A stretch of 64,000 bases of DNA from an uncultured Gammaproteobacteria bacterium (GTDB taxonomy: Bacteria > Patescibacteriota > Microgenomatia > CAYXHB01): the NCBI GenBank assembly GCA_964561945.1, contig CAZLQM010000002.1:13087-77086 (forward strand). Direction: 5' to 3'. The notes beneath the pieces are model-generated. The model did not search any database. It was given only the letters and a program-made list of their open reading frames with translations, and had not been told where the DNA came from. Below are positions 51,304 to 61,176 of the stretch, piece after piece. The translations under genes and the position numbers were made by a program. Positions within the stretch are counted from its first letter, which is position 1, and each line of letters opens with the position of its first letter.

Positions 51304-54300
51304 CTATTTCTCTCCCGTCCAATCGCGGGCTAACAATTCTGCTTGCTCCAACATCGTCTTGGTTGCACTTTCCTGTTTATCTGGTGGATATTTGTACTTC
51401 TTCAACAACCGTTTTACATAAACTCGCAACCTAGCTTGAATACTCTCCTTAATCGTCCAGTCTATTGTTGTATTCTTGCGAAGCATCACCACCAACTCTT
51501 TAGCCATTGCCTTCAAGGTTTCATCTCCCAACTCTCGCACGGCACTCTCGTTGTTAGCTAGTGCATCATAAAAAGCCACTTCATCCTCAGTTAATCCCAA
51601 ATCTTCACCTTTGTTTTTCTCTGTCTTAATCTTCTTGGCCAGCTCTAACAATTCGGCAATAACCTGAGCTGCTTCAAGTGTGCGGTTTTGGTATTTCCTA
51701 ATCGTTTCCGCCAGCATTTCGGCAAAAGATCGAGACTTCACCAAATTGGTTCTTTCCATCATCTTTAATTCGTCATTCAAGAGTTTCTTTAACAGTTCCA
51801 AGGCCACGTTCTTGTGTTTCAAATTCTTCACTTCCTCTAAAAATTCCTCAGAGAAAATAGAAATGTCGGGAGCTTTGATGCCAGCTGCCGAGTAAATATC
51901 AACCACCGCATCAGAAGTCACCGCCGTTGAGACGATTTGTTTGATAGCTGCATCATAATCTTCATCTGTCGGGCCTCCTCCATGAGGTTCCATTTTGACT
52001 AATCCACTCTTAACAATCTGGAAGAATCCCACCTCGTCTTTAATCTCCAATGCCTTGTCGTGTGGTACTGCCAAAGAGAATGACTTAGATAGTTCAGTCA
52101 CCGCTTTCAAGTATCGTTTCTTTCCATCTGTTAACCCCAAAACAAAATCTGTAGCTCCCGAAATAACCTGAGTTCGCTCACCAGGAGTACCAGTAAAGTA
52201 TTTTTGATAGTCATATCCATGCAACATTCCCTTAACCACTTCATACTTTTCCATCAACACCGCCACCGCTTCATCCTGTGGGATAGCTGTTTCTTGTCTA
52301 TCGGTTTCGCTGTAGTAGGAGAGGGCTTCCTTCAGTTCAGGAGCAATGCCAATATAGTCAACGATCAAACCACCTTGCTTATCCTTATACACTCGATTCA
52401 CCCGAGCAATCGCTTGCATCAACCCATGCCCCTTCATCGGTTTGTCTACATACATAGTATGAAGAGAGGGCACGTCAAAACCAGTTAGCCACATGTCTCT
52501 TACGATCACCAACTTCAACTCATCCTCAGGATCTTTCATTCTTCGAGCCATTTCATCGAGTGCATGTTTAGGGCGAATGTGAGGCTGGAAGTTCATCGGA
52601 TCGGCAGCACTGCCTGTCATCACAACCTTGATAAACCCCTTGTTATCATCATCACTATGCCAATTGGGGCGAAGTTTAACAATCTCGTTATACAAATCCA
52701 CCGCAATTCTACGACTCATGGCCACGATCATACCCTTACCATCAATGGCTGATAATCTGTTCTCAAAGTGATCCACTAAGTCACGAGCTACCAAAGCAAT
52801 TCGTTTTTCCGATCCCACCATTGCTTCCAACCTTGCCCACTTACTCTTCAGTTTTTCCTTTCGCTCAACCTCTTCACCCTCGGTTAATTCTTCAAATTCT
52901 GGATCAATTCTTGGCTGTTCTTCTTTCTTCAATTCAATTCTGGCAAGTCTAGCTTCGTAATAGATCGGTACGGTAGCATTATCTTCAACTGCTCGTGTCA
53001 CATCATAAACATCAACATATTCACCAAACACTGCCCGAGTATTCCTATCCGTTAATTCAACAGGTGTACCAGTAAAACCAATAAACGAAGCGTTAGGTAG
53101 AGCATCACGCAAATGACGAGCAAACCCAGTGATAAATTCATACTGGCTTCGATGTGCCTCATCCGCAATCACCACAATGTTTTTCCGATCAGACAACATG
53201 GGGTATGAAGTATGGCCATTTTGAGGTAGAAACTTTTGGATAGTGGTAAAGATAACCCCACCAGAGGCTACATGTAGTAATTCTTGTAACTGTTCTCGAC
53301 TATCAGCTTGCTTGGGGGTTTGCCTAAGCAATTCACTACATCGAGAGAAAGTACCGAAAAGCTGTTGATCCAAGTCATTGCGATCCGTCAACACAACTAA
53401 AGTCGGATTGTTTAGCTCCTGCACCACTTTGCCTGAATAAAACACCATTGTTAGACTTTTACCTGATCCCTGCGTATGCCACACCACACCAGCCCGCCTG
53501 TCTCCCTCCTCTTTGGTAGCCTTCATAGTACTTTCGACTGCTTTATTAGTCGCATAGTATTGATGATAAGCCGCTGCCTTCTTGATAGTTTTATCGCCAT
53601 CCGTATCAAAGACAATAAAGTTTGAGATCAAATCCAGTAAACGACTCTTATCAAAAATTCCTTTAAGTAAGACTTCCAACTGTGGCAAGGCAGTAGGGGC
53701 AAGTTCTTCACCATCAACAGTTCGCCAACGAGTAAACCATTCGATACTTGCCGATATTGTACCCACTCGAGCATCAATTCCGTCACTGATGACGCAAAGT
53801 TCGTTATAGGCAAAGAGGGTAGGAATATCTTGTTTGTAGGTTTGAATCTGGTTGTAGGCGTTTTTTACTGTTGCCTTCTCATCCCCAGGATTCTTCAATT
53901 CAATCACCACTACAGGCAAACCATTCACAAACACTATTACATCTGGCCGTCTGTTGCGGTTGTTTTCAATGATCGTATATTGATTGACTGCCAAAAAGTC
54001 ATTTGATTCTAAATCCCCAAACTCAGCCAATTTCACCTTATCGCCAGCCACCGAGCCATCATCCCGCATGTATTCAACATCCACCCCATCACGCAAGTAT
54101 CCATGAAAGATCTTGTTGTTCATTACTAAACTAGGGGTGGCGTGGGCAACCTGCACCACCTTCTTAAATGCTTCTTCCTTGGCATCTTCGGGAATATCTG
54201 GGTTGAACTTGTTGATAGCACTTCGAAGTCTATCTACCAACACCACATCACCATAGCTCTCACGTTCTGGGTTCTCACCGTCCGGAGGAGGGGCAATCTC

Positions 54301-54384
54301 AGGGCCTCCAACCACTGAGTATCCCAGCTCTTCGAGCCAATCAAGGGTTGCTAGTTCTAGATCTGTTTCTGTGTATTTAGCCAT
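51304..54384 (-). CDS. hsdR: Type I restriction endonuclease subunit R
   Basis: [52 protein letters not shown]. Confidence 0.97.
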   Translation of the reverse strand: MAKYTETDLELATLDWLEELGYSVVGGPEIAPPPDGENPERESYGDVVLVDRLRSAINKFNPDIPEDAKEEAFKKVVQVAHATPSLVMNNKIFHGYLRDGVDVEYMRDDGSVAGDKVKLAEFGDLESNDFLAVNQYTIIENNRNRRPDVIVFVNGLPVVVIELKNPGDEKATVKNAYNQIQTYKQDIPTLFAYNELCVISDGIDARVGTISASIEWFTRWRTVDGEELAPTALPQLEVLLKGIFDKSRLLDLISNFIVFDTDGDKTIKKAAAYHQYYATNKAVESTMKATKEEGDRRAGVVWHTQGSGKSLTMVFYSGKVVQELNNPTLVVLTDRNDLDQQLFGTFSRCSELLRQTPKQADSREQLQELLHVASGGVIFTTIQKFLPQNGHTSYPMLSDRKNIVVIADEAHRSQYEFITGFARHLRDALPNASFIGFTGTPVELTDRNTRAVFGEYVDVYDVTRAVEDNATVPIYYEARLARIELKKEEQPRIDPEFEELTEGEEVERKEKLKSKWARLEAMVGSEKRIALVARDLVDHFENRLSAIDGKGMIVAMSRRIAVDLYNEIVKLRPNWHSDDDNKGFIKVVMTGSAADPMNFQPHIRPKHALDEMARRMKDPEDELKLVIVRDMWLTGFDVPSLHTMYVDKPMKGHGLMQAIARVNRVYKDKQGGLIVDYIGIAPELKEALSYYSETDRQETAIPQDEAVAVLMEKYEVVKGMLHGYDYQKYFTGTPGERTQVISGATDFVLGLTDGKKRYLKAVTELSKSFSLAVPHDKALEIKDEVGFFQIVKSGLVKMEPHGGGPTDEDYDAAIKQIVSTAVTSDAVVDIYSAAGIKAPDISIFSEEFLEEVKNLKHKNVALELLKKLLNDELKMMERTNLVKSRSFAEMLAETIRKYQNRTLEAAQVIAELLELAKKIKTEKNKGEDLGLTEDEVAFYDALANNESAVRELGDETLKAMAKELVVMLRKNTTIDWTIKESIQARLRVYVKRLLKKYKYPPDKQESATKTMLEQAELLARDWTGEK

Positions 54385-54386
54385 TT

Positions 54387-55679
54387 TTATCTGCTTTTTT
54401 TTAACTTATTCAACATATTATTGAAGGTGTCTCTTAAGTCATCATAAGTGAATATCTTTATATTTTTTAGTGAGTTATTTAGTCTCTTAAAGTCATTTTT
54501 CATTTTTACCTTTTTGCTGTTACTAAAACTGCTGGTTTGTTTGCCTGCCAACATTGATCTAGAGCCAGCGATGATATAGACACTCGGCCTTACAGCATCA
54601 ACATTTATATTGTATTCATCTCTTATATTTTTGATTACTTCTGCTTCTCTGCCAACAACGGCATCAATATAATTTTCAGATTGTGAGACAGCTTTAGCTA
54701 TATCAGCATGCCAATAAAAATTGTTTCTTCCCGAATCGAAACTTAGAATCTGTGTTAGATGAGTTTTGATTTCATAAATATCCAAAAAACTATAAGTGTC
54801 CAAAAGTATGAAGTCTGGATAATTTACTTTTTTGTCTCCGAATACTTTTTCCTTTTCAAATCTATCGACATACCCAAAGTTAAAATACAAAATGTTATCT
54901 CTTAGGAAGCCTTGCCATTTATCTTCTAATCGTTTTGAGTTAGATTTTTGATTCAAGATCTTGTCGAAATCCTCAAGGATTTTTTCGAAATATATATAGT
55001 CAACCTCTTTCTTTGTAGCAACAATTTTTTCTTTGCTCTGAGTAGTCTGGTTTTTTAATGAGTTTGATAAAAGACTCGTGAGCTTATTCACCTCATCATC
55101 TGTCAAATCCGTGGCATTAACACCATATCGACTGAAAATTCTTGATATTTCCCCAGTCGGATATCTTTGTGTTGCTTTCTTAAATGCTGAAGGGAAAATA
55201 TCATATAAAAGATTATTTACAATCGTTTCTGACTCATCCTTATGCTTCGTAAGCATGTCTTTTATTTGTCTACGAGCTTTTTCAAGCACTTCGTAACTGA
55301 GAACAATTGTTCTTTTTAGTATCTGAGATGAACGTTTTTGTGATACTACCAATCTGTTAACACTGGGGTACTCCTTTTGGAGTTTATATAAAAGTGGGCT
55401 AAGCTCTCTGGTGAATCCATACCCCGTCTTATATGATTTAAGAAAACCTGGCGGTAACGTTTTTATAACAGCAACATCTTCATAACAGATTTCTTTGATA
55501 TTGTTATACTTTTGTTTCCCATCCCTCAGATTAAAAGGAAAGTGTGCTTCTTTATGCTTATAGACTTCTCTGGATTTCCTATCTATCGCTCCAGATTCAT
55601 CTGCATAGAAAAACACTGTTTTATTTTTTAGTAGCTGCTTTTGATACTCTGCCTTATCGACTTTTACGTTTTTATGCAT
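54387..55679 (-). CDS. sduA: Shedu anti-phage nuclease (DUF4263)
   Basis: [36 protein letters not shown]-terminal nuclease domain with a long N-terminal domain. Confidence 0.8.
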   Translation of the reverse strand: MHKNVKVDKAEYQKQLLKNKTVFFYADESGAIDRKSREVYKHKEAHFPFNLRDGKQKYNNIKEICYEDVAVIKTLPPGFLKSYKTGYGFTRELSPLLYKLQKEYPSVNRLVVSQKRSSQILKRTIVLSYEVLEKARRQIKDMLTKHKDESETIVNNLLYDIFPSAFKKATQRYPTGEISRIFSRYGVNATDLTDDEVNKLTSLLSNSLKNQTTQSKEKIVATKKEVDYIYFEKILEDFDKILNQKSNSKRLEDKWQGFLRDNILYFNFGYVDRFEKEKVFGDKKVNYPDFILLDTYSFLDIYEIKTHLTQILSFDSGRNNFYWHADIAKAVSQSENYIDAVVGREAEVIKNIRDEYNINVDAVRPSVYIIAGSRSMLAGKQTSSFSNSKKVKMKNDFKRLNNSLKNIKIFTYDDLRDTFNNMLNKLKKSR

Positions 55680-55686
55680 ACATTGT

Positions 55687-57102
55687 TTACAGATTTATTT
55701 CTTTCAAATACTCACGCATTTTTTCTATTGAACTTCTCAGTGAAGTTGGACCTGGCCTACCATTATCCCGAGCGTGATGAATCTGATTTCTTATAAAAGT
55801 GTGTACACTAACCTCATTCGGATTACCCATCCAAGGTGAATTGGCTGGTTCATTATGTACTCGCTGGAAATAATCTACATCGTATGGTTTAATCTTTTTT
55901 CCTTGTCCGTTTTGATAATATAACTCCTCATATAGTTCGTTATGATATTCCTCGGTAGCCAATCCAAAAGCTAAAAAGTTGACTTCGCTAGACGAAATAT
56001 AGGGCAACAGTCTATCCTCCACTGGAACTACTGACACATCATTACCATTTTTTTTCAAAACATTTGCCTGCACTGATTCATTGAAAAACAACTGTTTTAC
56101 TAACAAGGGTGAATGTGTGGTTATTATTATTTGTGCAGTTTTAGAAAATTCGATCAATAAATCTACAAACTTACCTTGAAGCGATGGATGTAAATGCAAC
56201 TCTGGCTCGTCTATCAACACGATAAGTTGTTTACCACTCTGTTGAGAAAGATAGAAAGAATACAGCAATGAAAAGATCATCTCATAACCAGATCCCATCA
56301 TATCTAAAGGAATTTGTTGATTGTTTTCCTTCTTCTTAGCAAAAAAACACTTTCCAAATGGTTGCCAATTGTCAACAAAGTTGAGTGAAATCTTCGAACC
56401 GCTCACTTCCTCGAATTTATTGATTGCACTTACCAATAATTCATTTTCCACTGAAGCCTTAACCGCATCCAGCTTCGCACTTTCGTCTTCAATCCCATCT
56501 TCTTTACCCTTAATATACTGATAGTTGAAGTCCTCCATTAAACGATCAAAGCGGGTAGAGTTGTATGTCCCAGATCTAATTTGAAAAGTCCTATTTCGAT
56601 CCAAAAATAAAATATCATTTTCACTAAATCTTTGCCCCTTAAAAGGGTTGTTTACGTTAACACGAAGATCAGGACTGTTATCGCTAGGCTTCGACTGATT
56701 ATCTGCCTTAATAAATTTTTGATCGCTGACAACAATCGAAGATAAATATGATTGATTTCCTCTAGATCTAACACCCGCCTCAAAAGAAAAACCCTTCGCT
56801 TGAAATGAGCCTCTCGGCATTGTACCGTCAACCTCGAAGTTTCCACTAGCTAAGACTTCGATATGAGATTTCTTGTCAGGATCATCAAAATCCTGCAAAG
56901 AGAAACTCTCTGCCTTGTAATTCAAAAGTGGTAGTGCAATAGCATCGAGTAACGCTGTTTTTCCACAACCATTCTCACCAACAAACACAGAAAGGCCACT
57001 GCCCTCATTAGTGTCATCAGGAATGTTAATATCATCCAAAGTAAATATGCTTTCCGATGGAAATAGCCTAAAATTTTGTACTTTTATTGTTTTTATAAAC
57101 AT
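55687..57102 (-). CDS. ABC-type ATPase fused to a C-terminal HEPN-like domain
   Basis: GENGCGKT, MGSG signature, IDEPELHLHP, TTHSP; C-terminal EEYHNELY...IRNQIHH (RxxxxH). Confidence 0.8.
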   Translation of the reverse strand: MFIKTIKVQNFRLFPSESIFTLDDINIPDDTNEGSGLSVFVGENGCGKTALLDAIALPLLNYKAESFSLQDFDDPDKKSHIEVLASGNFEVDGTMPRGSFQAKGFSFEAGVRSRGNQSYLSSIVVSDQKFIKADNQSKPSDNSPDLRVNVNNPFKGQRFSENDILFLDRNRTFQIRSGTYNSTRFDRLMEDFNYQYIKGKEDGIEDESAKLDAVKASVENELLVSAINKFEEVSGSKISLNFVDNWQPFGKCFFAKKKENNQQIPLDMMGSGYEMIFSLLYSFYLSQQSGKQLIVLIDEPELHLHPSLQGKFVDLLIEFSKTAQIIITTHSPLLVKQLFFNESVQANVLKKNGNDVSVVPVEDRLLPYISSSEVNFLAFGLATEEYHNELYEELYYQNGQGKKIKPYDVDYFQRVHNEPANSPWMGNPNEVSVHTFIRNQIHHARDNGRPGPTSLRSSIEKMREYLKEINL

Positions 57103-57104
57103 AC

Positions 57105-57797
57105 TTAGCCAATAAGATCGTCAACTTTAATTTCACCCGCCAACATTAATGGCATAATTTTATTAATTATCGCTTTTATGCTTTTATTTCTGTCATGGAT
57201 TCTTAACATTTCTTCAGCAGTACTAGAAGATTGCTCGATAGGGACACCTAATAACTCCACATATTGGAGAGAACTAATAAAATTGACTACCTTATCTTGT
57301 TCTTCCAGAGTAGGTACTGCAATTTCGAACTCAAACAAATCATACTTATACAATTCAGGATAGGTTGAACCGTTCGCAACCTTATCAAGATACAACTTAT
57401 TCACCTTTAACCAGTAGGCGAGGTATTTTGGCCTTATCATTGGGCCACACTCGAAGTTAAGAAACCCTTGATTTGTGGCCATTGGAACGGAGTTAATAAC
57501 GACACAACCAACAGGTGCTCTTTTTGACAACATCACAGTTCCTGGCTGAAGAATTTTTGCTGAGCTACTTGCTATACCTTCATGAGTTACATATCTTTCT
57601 GTCGAACTCACATAGAGTTGTCCATCTAGATTTGTGATTTCTTTTGGGGTTAACCATGGGATATTCCCTCCCCAGTAGTTATCGTTTCTAGTACTCGGTG
57701 TACTACCACTGCTGACATTTTTAATAATGCCATCTTTTGAAGGCATTAGAGTACTTTTTAACCACTTTGTCGGTTGATCTAAATATGGTTTAGCCAT
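57105..57797 (-). CDS. hsdS: Type I R-M specificity subunit, half-size (single TRD)
   Basis: SGSTPS..YWGGNIPW, SKRAPVG, ATNQGF, PTLEEQ, LMLAGEI; only 230 aa. Confidence 0.9.
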   Translation of the reverse strand: MAKPYLDQPTKWLKSTLMPSKDGIIKNVSSGSTPSTRNDNYWGGNIPWLTPKEITNLDGQLYVSSTERYVTHEGIASSSAKILQPGTVMLSKRAPVGCVVINSVPMATNQGFLNFECGPMIRPKYLAYWLKVNKLYLDKVANGSTYPELYKYDLFEFEIAVPTLEEQDKVVNFISSLQYVELLGVPIEQSSSTAEEMLRIHDRNKSIKAIINKIMPLMLAGEIKVDDLIG

Positions 57798-59316
57798 TTT
57801 TTACTTTCAACAAATTTTCTTTAACTAATAGTGATAACTTTGTAACTTCATTTAAACGTCTTTCAATAATATCCATAGAGGTTACTAGCTCATCTTGACT
57901 TACCTCAATCTTTTCCTCATCACTAAAACCAACATACCTACCAGGAACCAGGGCATATTGATGTTCAGCGATTTCTGACAATTTTGCAGAGTAAGTAAAA
58001 CCAGAGGCATTTATATATTGTGGTTGAGTTTTCCATTTTTTATATTCATTGACTATTCGTGAAATTTCTTCGCTCTTAAATACCTTATGCGTTCTATCTT
58101 CCAGCACACCCCATGATCGAACATCAACAAACAACACCTCCCCTTGTCGGTTCCTCTCATTTGTCCTTTTGTTTCTTGTTACAAACCAGAGTGATGCTGA
58201 AATTTGTGTGTTGTAGAACAATTGTGTGGGCAGTGATATAACACAATCTATTAAATCGCTATCAACCAATGACTGTCTTATTTGTTTTTCAGATTTCTTA
58301 TTTGTTGACAATGATCCATTTGCAAGAACAAACCCAGCGATGCCTGTAGGTGAGAGGTGATGGATAAAATGCTGAATCCAAGCATAGTTAGCATTGCCAG
58401 TGGGCGGAGTGCCGAATTTCCACCGCACATCATCTTTGTATTTCTCTCCACCCCAGTCACTATCATTGAAAGGAGGATTGGCCAAAACAAAATCAGCCTT
58501 TAGATCTGGATGCTGATCTTTGGCGAAACTATCGGCATTTCCCTCACCTAAATTCCCCTCGATACCTCGAATAGCCAAGTTCATTTTGGCTAACTTCCAA
58601 GTAGTCGGATTGCTCTCTTGTCCGTATACCGCAATATCACCAACTCTACCGCCATGCTCCTCTACAAATTTCTCGCTCTGAACAAACATCCCACCACTAC
58701 CACAGCAGGGATCAAATACACGGCCTTTGTAGGGCTCTATCATCTGTACCAACAGCTTTACCACAGAAGCAGGAGTGTAGAACTCACCGCCACCTTTACC
58801 CTCGGCACTGGCAAATCTACCGATAAAGTATTCATACACACGGCCTAACAAATCCTTTGACTTTGATTCTTTATCACCCAAACCAAGAGAGCTAAAAATA
58901 TCAATAATTTCACCCAATCGTTGTTTGTTGAGATCAGGGCGAGCATACCTTTTAGGGAGAACGCCCTTAAGGCTCGGGTTTTCCTTTTCGATGGCGATCA
59001 TGGCATCATCCACAATCTTGCCGATTTCTGGCTTCTTGGCGTTTTGCTTTAGGTAATCCCAGCGGGCAATCTCTGGCACCCAAAATACATTTCTCGCCTT
59101 GTAGGCGTCTTTGTCTTCCCACTCACCGTCATAGGCTTCTGTGTCATTCTTGATGGATTGATAGGTTTCTTCGAAAGAATCGGAGATATATTTGAGGAAA
59201 ATAAGGCCAAGCACCACATGTTTATATTCAGCAGGATCCATGTGGCCACGCATCTTATCTGCTGCTGCCCATAATTTCTTTTCGAAACCAAGATTAGCTG
59301 ATGTTTGTTTTGTCAT
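57790..59316 (-). CDS. hsdM: Type I R-M methyltransferase subunit
   Basis: LWAAADKMRG, GEFYTP, DPCCGSGG, ANPPFN; likely start MTKQ at 59316. Confidence 0.97.
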   Translation of the reverse strand: MTKQTSANLGFEKKLWAAADKMRGHMDPAEYKHVVLGLIFLKYISDSFEETYQSIKNDTEAYDGEWEDKDAYKARNVFWVPEIARWDYLKQNAKKPEIGKIVDDAMIAIEKENPSLKGVLPKRYARPDLNKQRLGEIIDIFSSLGLGDKESKSKDLLGRVYEYFIGRFASAEGKGGGEFYTPASVVKLLVQMIEPYKGRVFDPCCGSGGMFVQSEKFVEEHGGRVGDIAVYGQESNPTTWKLAKMNLAIRGIEGNLGEGNADSFAKDQHPDLKADFVLANPPFNDSDWGGEKYKDDVRWKFGTPPTGNANYAWIQHFIHHLSPTGIAGFVLANGSLSTNKKSEKQIRQSLVDSDLIDCVISLPTQLFYNTQISASLWFVTRNKRTNERNRQGEVLFVDVRSWGVLEDRTHKVFKSEEISRIVNEYKKWKTQPQYINASGFTYSAKLSEIAEHQYALVPGRYVGFSDEEKIEVSQDELVTSMDIIERRLNEVTKLSLLVKENLLKVKNG

Positions 59317-59344
59317 AATTTTCTTAATTCTCTTATTTAATTTT

Positions 59345-59536
59345 CTATCTATTACGCGAGATGTACGCTTCGATGTCTTTCTTGCGATACCGTCTATCTC
59401 CCACACCTTTGCGATTGCCCACACGGACGGCTTTGAGTAATCCCTGCCTGTCCCATCGCCGAAGCGTCTGGGTGCTTACATTCAAAATCTTTGCTGCTTG
59501 CTTAATGGAAAGCAATTCCTCAAGTTGTTCATTCAT
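59345..59536 (-). CDS. MerR/excisionase-type HTH protein
   Basis: LLSIKQAAKILNVSTQTLRRWDRQG...GDRRY. Confidence 0.85.
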   Translation of the reverse strand: MNEQLEELLSIKQAAKILNVSTQTLRRWDRQGLLKAVRVGNRKGVGDRRYRKKDIEAYISRNR

Positions 59537-59843
59537 ACAAGTTAATCTTTATTATACAAAATTGTTCAAACAAAAAGAATGTATAAATCTAGTTAGTGGC
59601 TAGTTTATTACCCCTACTTATTAACTGGATTCCTATTAACTCCAAAGACTATTTCTTACTGATTTTGCCTAGAAGTAATAGACTTGAAACAGAAATAACT
59701 AGGGATGTTCATAACCCTAGTTACATTTACAAAATATGTGTATGTAGGGATATAAACCCAAGGCTGACAACATCTCAGACAGACATGCTTTAAATTCAAT
59801 GGAGATCAAAATGTACAATCCTGCTGGGGAGGGGTATGCCTGA

Positions 59844-60083
59844 TCACTTATCTTCTTTCTTACTAAACAACGTTTCCTTAACTGGATAGTCATTGCTTCC
59901 ATATTCATCCAAAAAATCTTCAATCGCTTTTTGTGTAAACCTATACTTCCCTTTAGTGCCAGGCAACTTAACGTACTTGATTTGTTCATTACGACACCAA
60001 CGCCTTACGGTTTCACCGCTAACGCTAAACATTTTCATTAGATCTTCAACTGTGTACTTAAACTCAAGATTTATGTTGGACAT
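59844..60083 (-). CDS. Excisionase-like HTH protein
   Basis: YTVEDLMKMFSVSGETVRRWC...YRFTQKAIEDFL. Confidence 0.8.
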   Translation of the reverse strand: MSNINLEFKYTVEDLMKMFSVSGETVRRWCRNEQIKYVKLPGTKGKYRFTQKAIEDFLDEYGSNDYPVKETLFSKKEDK

Positions 60084-60193
60084 AATAAGTAGGATTGTAA
60101 ACATTTTATGCACGCAATGCAACTAGTGCTTGACATTCAGTTAATAATTGTTAATAATGAGGTTATGTTGCATAACATGTATAACGTGCATAA
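60071..60193. promoter_or_regulatory. Divergent promoter region with TTATG/CATAA operator-like palindromes
   Basis: TTGACA at 60130; TTATGT-TGG-ACATAA (60071-85), TTATG-TTG-CATAA (60163-75), TTATGCACG (60106) / CGTGCATAA (60185). Confidence 0.55.
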
Positions 60194-60401
60194 TAAGAAG
60201 GGATGTCAAACAACCAAGAGTGAATGGTTGGATGTACTAGCCCAGAAGATCGCCGAAGTTCGGTTATCAGAACTTGGGTTTAATTTCATCCCAGGCATTG
60301 CCCCTTACTTCAAAAGGTTCAGGAAAAGTCTGGAGGCTAAGGCCTTCATAGTTAAGAGTGTGAGTTTAGTAAGAAATGATCCAAATACTATAAAAAGATG
60401 A
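60108..60401 (+). CDS. Small hypothetical protein (true start likely downstream)
   Basis: ORF coupled by ATGA overlap to the next gene. Confidence 0.45.
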   Translation: MHAMQLVLDIQLIIVNNEVMLHNMYNVHNKKGCQTTKSEWLDVLAQKIAEVRLSELGFNFIPGIAPYFKRFRKSLEAKAFIVKSVSLVRNDPNTIKR

Positions 60402-60715
60402 AAAAACGTGCTTACGGTTTCGTTAGGTGGAACAAAGAGAAAAACTCAACTCCCCCTCTCGAAACACAGAAAGCACGCATCAATGACTACTGCAACAAAA
60501 ATAAACTCGAATTGGTAGAAACTTTTGTTGACACTTCATCCCCCGTTCATAGTGTGTTCGATCAAATGATGTCTAGGTGTAGGAAAAAAGACTCAATCCA
60601 AGAGATTGTAGTCACTAGCTGGGACAGGATTTCTGATGACGAAACCGAATTTTGCCTCATCGAAACTATCCTAGATCGAAAACATATTAAGTTAATCAAA
60701 TTGGAGGAACTATGA
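60398..60715 (+). CDS. Serine-recombinase catalytic-domain-only protein, degenerate active site
   Basis: AYGFVRWN (no Ser in the YxRVS motif), LETQKARINDYC, VVTSWDRIS. Confidence 0.75.
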   Translation: MKKRAYGFVRWNKEKNSTPPLETQKARINDYCNKNKLELVETFVDTSSPVHSVFDQMMSRCRKKDSIQEIVVTSWDRISDDETEFCLIETILDRKHIKLIKLEEL

Positions 60716-61176
60716 AAAACAAAAAACAAACCAAGAAAGCAGTGGTGTACGCCAAAGTAGCATCACCAGCAGTAGATACTACCCAACAATCAACTGATTC
60801 ACAGGAAAGGGCATGTAGGGAGTGGGCAAGGCAAAATGGTTACGAAATTGTCGGCGAGTATCAAGACGTTTGCTTCAATGACTCAAAACTAGACGACAGA
60901 AAAGCATTGATTGATACCATTGCGAGATGTCAGAGCAAAACTAGCCCGATTGACGTATTGCTTGTTACAGATTTGGATAGGTTATCCAGAAACACCGTTG
61001 AGCTACTTTTTATCAAAAGCCAGATTGATTTGAACGGCACAAAAATAATTACTGTAAACCAGCAAATGACAGAAGATTTCACAAAAGGCCAGCTATTCGA
61101 ATCTGTTATCGCAAGTGCTAATGCTTTTTCTAGAACAATTGAAAGGAGGAAATATGAAAAAAGCAGTAATCTATAA
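60712..61176 (+). CDS. Serine-recombinase catalytic-domain-only protein, degenerate active site
   Basis: AVVYAKVAS (R>K, S>A), SQERACREWA, LLVTDLDRLSRN. Confidence 0.8.
   Translation: MKNKKQTKKAVVYAKVASPAVDTTQQSTDSQERACREWARQNGYEIVGEYQDVCFNDSKLDDRKALIDTIARCQSKTSPIDVLLVTDLDRLSRNTVELLFIKSQIDLNGTKIITVNQQMTEDFTKGQLFESVIASANAFSRTIERRKYEKSSNL

Noticed and set aside
59345-61176. IS607-family transposon
   Set aside because: The MerR HTH and resolvase domains are separate and divergent, there is no TnpB, and the boundaries fit an LSR island.
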